A stretch of DNA of 64,000 bases, from positions 262,446,001-262,510,000 of the forward strand of contig NW_027362767.1 of assembly GCF_046119375.1 (NCBI RefSeq). Reading direction: 5' to 3'. The notes beneath the pieces are model-generated. The model ran no database searches. It worked only from the letters and a program-made list of their open reading frames with translations, and was not told the origin of the DNA. Below, in pieces: positions 57,601 to 64,000 of this stretch. Source of the DNA: Phyllobates terribilis. Its lineage: Eukaryota. The first letter of the stretch is position 1; the number at the start of each line of letters is the position of its first letter. Made by a program: the position numbers and the translations under genes.

Positions 57601-60600
57601 AGTGCATGTCAGACCTAATGAGAATCATAAGCTCAAAGGAACTGCCCAAGGAGCTCAGAGACAGAATTGTGGCAAGGCCCAGATCTGGCCAAGGTTACAA
57701 AAGAATTTCTGCATTACTTAAGGTTCCTAAGAGCACAGTGGCCTCTATAATCCTTAAATGGAAGAAGTTTGGGACCACCAGAAGTCTTCCTAGACCTGGC
57801 CGTCCAGCCAAACTGAGCAATCTTAGGAGAAGAGCCTTGGTGAGAGAGGTAAAGAAGGACCCCAAGATCACTGTGGCTGAGCTCCAGAGATGCAGTAGGG
57901 AGATGGGAGAAAGTTCTACAAAGTCAACTATCACTGCAGCTCTCCACCAGTTGGGCCTTTATGGCAGAGTGGCCAGACGGAAGCCTCTCCTCAGTGCAAT
58001 ATTGTATCTAGACTAATGTCACTTTGAAAAATGAAGGCTTTTTGCGCATAATTTGGCCAATTTATGTGTGCCCATCAACCACGACAAGGTCACCTTCGTA
58101 TGATGGGAAACTACGCTATGCTACCACTGGATATGCCACTCTTGGGCTGTAAGCCTGTATGGACAATATGTCTCTGCTTGGGCTTTTAACCTACAATGTA
58201 GTTTTGTGCCATGTCTGTGATCTGCTTTTTTTCATCAACATTAAACAACTGAATGAACATCCTCCAAGCCCGGTGATTCCATAATTTTTGCCAGGGGTTG
58301 TATAATACTGCCCCCTATGTACAAGAATATAACTACTATAATACTGCTCCTATGTACAAGAATATAGGTACTATAATACTGCTCCTATGTACAAGAATAT
58401 AACTACTATAATGCTGCTCCTATGTACAAGAATATAACTACTATAATGCTGCCTGCTATGTACAAGAATATAACTACTATAATACTGCCCTCTATGTAAA
58501 AGAATATAACTACTATAATACTGCCCCCTATGTATAATAATATAACTACTATAACTACTATAATACTGCTCCTATGTACAAGAATATAATTACTATAATA
58601 CTGTCCTGTATGTACAAGAATATAACTACTATAATACTGCTCCTATGTACAAGAATATAGCTACTATAATACTGCTCCTATGTACAAGAATATAACTGCT
58701 ATAATACTGCTCCTATGTACAAGAATATAACTACTATAATACTGCTCCTATGTACAAGAATATAACTACTATAATACTGCTCCTATGTACAAGAATATAA
58801 CTACTATAATACTGCTCCTATGTACAAGAATATAATTACTATAATACTGCCCCCTATGGACAAGAATATAACTACTATAATACTGCTCCTATGTACAAGA
58901 ATATAACTACTATAATACTGCTCCTATGTACAAGAATATAACTACTATAATACTGCTCCTATGTACAAGAATATAACTGCTATAATACTGCTCCTATGTA
59001 CAGGAGTTTGGAGAACTGTTAGCATACTTGCTCTGTCTGCCGCATGTTGTGTCCCCAACACCCCAACTTCATTGCTCTGTTATTCTCGGGCTTGTTCTCA
59101 CTGTCGCTGCTTTCTCTTTCCCAGCATGCTTTGCATATGGATCTGGGCAGGTATCAGGTGAGGTCTGTGGGGACTTCCTTCCCTTCCCTTCCTTTCTTTC
59201 CTTTCCCTTTCCTTCCCTTTCCTTTTCTTTCCTTATATAATATGATACATTGCACTGCCAAGATAGGTTGCAGATCATCATAATTTGTCACTCTGCAACT
59301 GTTAGAAAACTACAACTCCCAGCATGCCTTGCCATCTTCAGGAATTACAGTTTTCTCACAGTTGGAGAACTGCTGTATTAGTGATCTCTCCATGATGGCG
59401 TCGCCCACCATCCGCTCCGTCTTACAGGCCAAAGTAGCAGAGGAGCTCTCCTCCGCCACCGGCCAGTTGTCCCGCCTTCAGCTGGAGGTCACCGCCTATC
59501 AGAAGAAGGAGATGGATCTCCGGACACAACTCGCTGCCTCCTTGCAAGAAGCGGAGAAGTGTCGGGTGGAGCTCGACTCTGTGCAGGCTCAGCTCATAGG
59601 TTAGTGCACTCTGCAGGCTCAGCTCATAGGTTAGTGCACGCTGCAGGCTCAGCTCATAGGTCAGTGCACGCTGCAGGCTGAGCTCATAGGTTAGTGCACG
59701 CTGAGCTCATAGGTTAGTGCACGCTGCAGGCTGAGCTCATAGGTTGGTGCACGCTGCAGGCTGAGCTCATAGGTTAGTGCACGCTGAGCTCATAGGTTAG
59801 TGCACGCTGAGCTCATAGGTTAGTGCACGCTGCTGGCTGAGCTCATAGGTTAGTGCACGCTGCTGGCTGAGCTCATAGGTTAGTGCACGCTGCTGGCTGA
59901 GCTCATAGGTTAGTGCACGCTGCAGGCTGAGCTCATAGGTTAGTGCACGCTGCAGGCTGAGCTCATAGGTTAGTGCACGCTGCTGGCTGAGCTCATAGGT
60001 TAGTGCACGCTGCTGGCTGAGCTCATAGGTTAGTGCACGCTGCAGGCTGAGCTCATAGGTTAGTGCACGCTGCAGGCTGAGCTCATAGGTTAGTGCACGC
60101 TCCACTGTGGCCCCTCGGGTCACCAACCAGCAGCGGTGTAATGACTCCATCTATACCCAGAGCTGAAAGAGACGTCAGAGCAGACCAAAAACCGCGCCAA
60201 AACTGAAAAGGACAGCCGCCGCACCCTGGGGCTCAGACTCTCTGCCCTAGAAGAAGAAATCTCAGACTTGAAGATCGAGAAGGAGAATCTGGAGAAGGTG
60301 ACGCACTTCTGCTTTACTGTAATAGAAATCAGTCTGTGTGTGTACTGCAGTGTAAAGTACGGGGGATTTTAGACTAACATAACTTCCAGTAGACTGTGTT
60401 GGAGTCTTCATGTAAGTAGGATATATTTCCTGTGTGTGATGCAGAGTCTGACTGAGAGAAAGAAGAAGTCGCAGCAGGAGCGGCGGCGGGCTGAGGAGGA
60501 GCAGGAGGAGCTGCGAAGATCCTTCCAGGAGGAGAACGAGAACCTCAGGCAACAGCTGAAGAAAAGCCGCGAGCAGGTGACCGCCGAACAGGTCAGTAGG

Positions 60601-63600
60601 AGGCAGAGCGGCGGGTGTGCGGACAGTGGCCGCCCTCTGCACCAGGCCATACAGAAATATTACTGCACAGCGCCTGAATAATTCTCTATAAAGCAGCTGG
60701 ATACACAGGGCCACGTAGTGTGACGGCAAATGGCGTTACACAGGATCCTGGCATAGTGGAGTGAAGGTTAGTGTATGTATCCCTGGTGGTCAGGGGTAGT
60801 AAAGCAATGACAGTGTCAGCATCCTTAGTCATCTAAAGCAGTGAAAGGGTTAATGACCGTATGCTTGCTGTGGATTTAGGGCAGCAAACAGGTTAATATT
60901 CCTATTCTTGATGGTCTAAGACAGTGAAAGGGTTAATGTGAGGATCCCTGGTGGTCTAGGGCAGTAATAGGGTTAAAGGGGTATTCCCATCTCCAAGATC
61001 CTATCCCAATACAGGACCTTAGGTATCCATTGCTACGTCCACTGATAAAGTCACAGTTAGTTAGCTAGTTGCTAGTGGTCTTAACCATGGATTCCTAAGG
61101 TCCTGCGATGCCTACACATGAGGTAAGAGAGATAGCGAATCAAAAATACTATACTACATTTCTAATTGGAGGTATTTGCTAATGTTATTATTACATTGCA
61201 TCCAACCTTCTTCAGCCTCCAACTACACGTGGGACACCGCTCCCAACGCGTTTCGTCACCTCAGCAACTCAGACTCAGACGAAACGCGTTGGGAGCGGTG
61301 TCCCACGTGTAGTTGGAGGCTGAAGAAGGTTGGATGCCCCACTACATGGAGCTGTCTTAAAGCTGGAAGGCGAGAACTGACATTTCATAAGGTGAAGTCG
61401 TTCCATTAGCATACACAAGGTTTGAGTGCTCACCATAATTATATAAAGTGTATCAAGGTCCGTAAGCGCTGAGACATTGTCTTGACAGCTCCACTATTAT
61501 CTGCCACTAATCTCGGTTATGTCACAGGTGGACTATATCTGGTTAATATACCGTTGAATTCCTGTATATAACGATGTATTGATTGGTGTGGTTATTTCTT
61601 ACCACAGGCAGGCATTTACTTGATTTTAGGTCCTATTGACTTTTGTATTAATAATTTTACCTATTCATATTAAAAGTTTTGTTTTAACTCTTTACACCAC
61701 AATATCTGCTTTATTATCTGCTTTACTGTGTTCTTACCTTAGAAACCCCATTGCTGTACTCAGTAAAGAGATTAATATAAATATCTCTAGTGGCTCAGGT
61801 TAAAAAAAGGGGTTAATTTAAGGATCCCTGGTGGTCTCGGGCAGTAAAGGGGCTAATGTAAGGATCCCTGGTGGTCTCGGGCAGTAAAGGGGCTATTGTA
61901 AGGATCCCTGGTGGTCTCGGGCAGTAAAGGGGCTATTGTAAGGATCCCTGGTGGTCTCGGGCAGTAAAGGGGCTATTGTAAGGATCCCTGGTGGTCTCGG
62001 GCTGTAAAGGGGCTAATGTAAAGATCCCTGGTGGTCTCGGGCAGTGACCCTGTTGTGGCGGTCACATGCTTACACTCTTGCTGTCCTGTCTGTGTGCAGC
62101 TCTCCTCCTCTTCCTCCCGGGATCGCGATGAGCAGAGGCTGATGGAGCTCCAGGATCAGGCCGCCCAGTTACAGCCCCTGAAAGAGAAGGTGATTGGGGG
62201 TCTCCATGTATAGGCCTCTATTGATTGTGCAGATTCTGGGTCACTCATGCCGCTCCATGTCTCCTTGCAGTGCACCCAGTTACAGAGCCAGATAACCTCC
62301 CTGAGAGACCAACTCGGAGAAATGCGCGATCGGGAGAGCGACCTGCTCTCTGCGAAAGACCGAGTGGAGCAGGTGAGGGGACACTGTTATTAACAATTAT
62401 TAAAGGTTTTTTTTTTTTCAGTTTTGTATAATTAAGTTGCAATAATTTGCATAATTTCCTGTTTCTCACCATTTATTCCCCACCCTAATATCTCTGCTTG
62501 CTGACATTGAATGCAAACATTCCCTTTTCTATTCACAGCATAATGTTTCCATTTACTGACCACAAGCAGAGATATTGAAAATGGTGAGGAATTTATAGGA
62601 AAAGTATATTAGAAAGTTGCATTAATTATGTAATAAAAAGTTGTGTAACTGGTAAAACTTTGTTTTATTTCTTTCCTGATATTAATGTATTTGTTTTGAT
62701 CACATTTGCGCATCATGACCTCGTCCGTCACAATTACCAATCTCTACTGCTGCCACAAGCAGAAATTATCCCGACTACGAGAGAGGTCAGAGCAGCTAGA
62801 GCCCCTGCTGCTGCAGGTGAGTCCAGAGCCATCCTGACCACAAACGCACGCATGCACACGATCTGACAATCTGGACCCTTTTGGTAACCTTTGTCTCCTC
62901 CTAGTGTACACAGCTCCAGACGCAGGTCGCTTCGCTAACGAGTCAGCTCGGGGACGCTAGTACGACTAAAGAAGAAGGCCGTCCGCTGGGCGATCCTGCC
63001 GAGGAGGTGAGACGCCACGTGATGTCTTAGTCTTCGGTGAGGCCGGGAATAGATGGCAACTAAGGCTGCGCAGTTGCATGACGGATGCATTGAGCTGTAA
63101 CCTATAGGGTCCCTATATTTGTGGGGTCCCAAATCAAAATATCCCGTGGGTCTCCAGTTGTTTGAAAACTGAAACTCCCACCATGGTCATGCTGGGACTT
63201 GCAGTTTCTCATCAGGAGGAGAATCACAGGTTGCAGACTTTTATTATACAAAGTGATGTCATATGATGCCATTCTCTTTACTTTTAGGATCACTGGATTT
63301 ATGCATTAATTGTCATTTAATTAATATTCATGATGTCTAATTAACATTTGTGAAGGTGGGTACTGATTATTATCCTGCTTGTCCCCACTTCCTTAGGTGA
63401 AGAAGATCATGAACGGAGTTTTCCAGTCCCTCCGGAAGAAGTTTGACTTGGAGGAGTCATACACAGGACGGGCAGTGCTGGGCGCCATCATGAGCACCAT
63501 CAAGGTAGAGGTCGCCATTATGGTTCAGGGACATCGACGCACTAGCGAGTTTGTTACGGTGTATCAGTTTTGGTAGTGGCCTGTGCTGCTGTGTTTAGCT

Positions 63601-64000
63601 CACAGAGGATTGCCTACACCGGTACATCATATGTGTGAGAAAAGTAGCCTGTATGCAAAAATCAAAGCAAGCAGAGATCTTGAATGGTGTGGGGTGCTTT
63701 ATATGCAGATGAATGTACAACCTCTTGTATCTTTTCAGGCAACCACACTTCAGTTACTGAATAAATCTCAGGACGAGCCGCCAGCAGGAAGCAGCAGTGA
63801 GGAGGAGACAGAGGAGGCGGACGGGGATGAGGAGGCGGAAAGAGCTGCACACCCTGGGCCACATGCTTTTGTGGCGACTCCTCCAAATCTAAGTGTACCC
63901 CCTTCTGCAGACCATGCACAGATTGACGAGACCCCCGAAACTAAAGAAGTTGTCAATAGGTATCCAAACCAAGAAAAATCCACAACAAAGGAGGAGGAAG
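42689..64000 (+). CDS. FKBP15: FK506-binding protein 15 (FKBP133/WAFL), partial at the 3' end. Exons 42689-42738, 45903-46012, 46161-46242, 46673-46742, 46835-46909, 47525-47623, 47700-47849, 48100-48168, 48626-48769, 51205-51332, 51446-51494, 51582-51701, 52174-52270, 52344-52447, 52698-52803, 53121-53230, 53308-53421, 53519-53613, 53748-53850, 59428-59599, 60161-60297, 60445-60591, 62100-62189, 62271-62372, 62763-62816, 62905-63006, 63397-63504, 63739->64000
   Basis: [34 protein letters not shown]; WH1-like region; FKBP domain [28 protein letters not shown]; [17 protein letters not shown]; FLMTEARQ; coiled coil; [22 protein letters not shown]. All junctions GT-AG and phase-consistent (over 1000 codons). 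Confidence 0.96.
43555..44235 (+). repeat. About 62-bp tandem repeat (about 11 units) in FKBP15 intron 1
   Basis: Unit GGCTGATAACAGGGAGTAATAGATTGTACTCACCTGTCCTACAGTCACCTCTCCCCAGTAAT. Confidence 0.92.
44752..45105 (+). repeat. Degenerate tandem repeat of about 54 bp (about 6 units)
   Basis: Recurring GATGGAAGCATCGCCCC.TAGTGGTTGGTTATTC. Confidence 0.85.
46377..46611 (-). repeat. 97-bp minisatellite family, third array (reverse orientation, FKBP15 intron 3)
   Basis: GTACACAGTGACTGCACCAGCAGAATAGTGAGTGCAGCTCTGG is the reverse complement of the unit. Confidence 0.92.
49006..50173. mobile_element. hAT-type non-autonomous element (1168 bp) with a 31-bp minisatellite (49216-49460) and C-rich repeats (49460-49800)
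   Basis: TIR CAGGGCCGGCTCCAG / CTGGCACCGACCCTG; perfect 8-bp TSD GTGACAGC at 48998-49005 and 50174-50181. Confidence 0.9.
50456..50720. other. Assembly gap (265 N)
   Basis: Run of n in FKBP15 intron 9. Confidence 1.
53913..55260 (+). repeat. 35/36-bp AT-rich minisatellite, left part (FKBP15 intron 19)
   Basis: Unit TATGTACAAGAATATAACTACTATAATACTGCTCC. Confidence 0.96.
55262..57230 (-). mobile_element. Degenerate Penelope-like element (RT + GIY-YIG) on the minus strand
   Basis: [84 protein letters not shown] (stop 55601-03). Confidence 0.85.
57232..57997 (+). mobile_element. 5' half of an IR/DR-type Tc1 element
   Basis: TA|CAGTGAGTATGGAAATAATTCAGACCCC; inner repeat AGTATTCAGACCCTTT near 57428; [32 protein letters not shown], then truncated. 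Confidence 0.85.
57998..58300. mobile_element. Terminal fragment of a different Tc1-like family
   Basis: Ends GGTGATTCCATAATTTTTGCCAGGGGTTG|TA, which is not the inverted copy of the TIR at 57232. Confidence 0.6.
58301..59002 (+). repeat. 35/36-bp minisatellite, right part
   Basis: Same unit and orientation as 53913-55260. Confidence 0.95.
59175..59233 (+). repeat. (CCTTT)n-like polypyrimidine microsatellite
   Basis: CTTCCTTCCCTTCCTTCCTTTCTTTCC... Confidence 0.85.
59581..60101 (+). repeat. 30-bp (some 23-bp) tandem array built from the FKBP15 exon 20/intron 20 junction, 18 copies
   Basis: Unit CTGCAGGCT(C/G)AGCTCATAG|GTTAGTGCACG; the first copy is the authentic donor at 59599|59600. Confidence 0.95.
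61198..61730 (+). mobile_element. Probable 5'-truncated PLE 3'-end fragment beginning with a perfect 60-bp inverted repeat, inserted in a T2-like MITE
   Basis: Arms 61198-61257 and 61278-61337 are exact reverse complements containing GACGAAACGCGTTGGG; a T-rich tail follows; flanks resemble a TTAAAGGGGTATTCCC T2-MITE. PLE assignment is inferred. Confidence 0.6.
61808..62046 (+). repeat. 40-bp tandem repeat (6 units); degenerate copies at about 60775-60980
   Basis: AGGATCCCTGGTGGTCTCGGGCAGTAAAGGGGCTA(A/T)TGTA at 61821, 61861, 61901, 61941, 61981, 62021. Confidence 0.93.
62763..62816 (+). CDS. FKBP15: FKBP15 candidate extra exon 25 ([18 protein letters not shown])
   Basis: AAGCAG tandem acceptor, consensus donor CAG|GTGAGT, phase 0/0, paralogous to the end of exon 23. 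Confidence 0.7.

Noticed and set aside
60262-60729. 155-aa minus-strand ORF
   Set aside because: Antisense shadow of the purine-rich FKBP15 exons 21-22, giving a Leu-rich artefact.

Overview
Eukaryotic (vertebrate, most likely anuran frog; inferred from gene sequences and repeat families) genomic window. It holds the conserved block PRPF4(-) <> CDC26(+) ... SLC31A1/CTR1(-) <> FKBP15(+), two head-to-head pairs with compact bidirectional promoters. I reconstructed GT-AG exon structures by hand: PRPF4 5 coding exons (runs off the left edge), CDC26 complete (85 aa), SLC31A1 complete (193 aa) and FKBP15 28 exons (runs off the right edge). Introns and the CDC26-SLC31A1 spacer are packed with minisatellites (30, 31, 32, 35, 40, 41, 54, 62 and 97 bp units), Tc1-family elements (an intact DD34E ORF, a DD38E copy and its palindromic derivative), hAT/T2/Harbinger MITEs, a chromodomain Gypsy element and three Penelope-like elements (PLEs). 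Most notable observations: (1) a duplicated two-exon coiled-coil module in FKBP15; (2) an 18-copy tandem array built from the FKBP15 exon-20 splice donor, with an in-frame stop right after the first donor; (3) a Gypsy element with a complete Tf1-like self-priming signature and a GGGAAAC plus pseudoknot -1 frameshift signal; (4) hammerhead-ribozyme motifs in 1.1-kb inverted PLE arms, plus a perfect 60-bp fold-back centred on a hammerhead half; (5) a His-repeat duplication in the CTR1 ectodomain; (6) a near-canonical PPIase pocket in FKBP15. No CRISPR, rRNA or tRNA genes were seen. There is one 265-nt assembly gap. Human reference sequences were compared from memory, not by database search.
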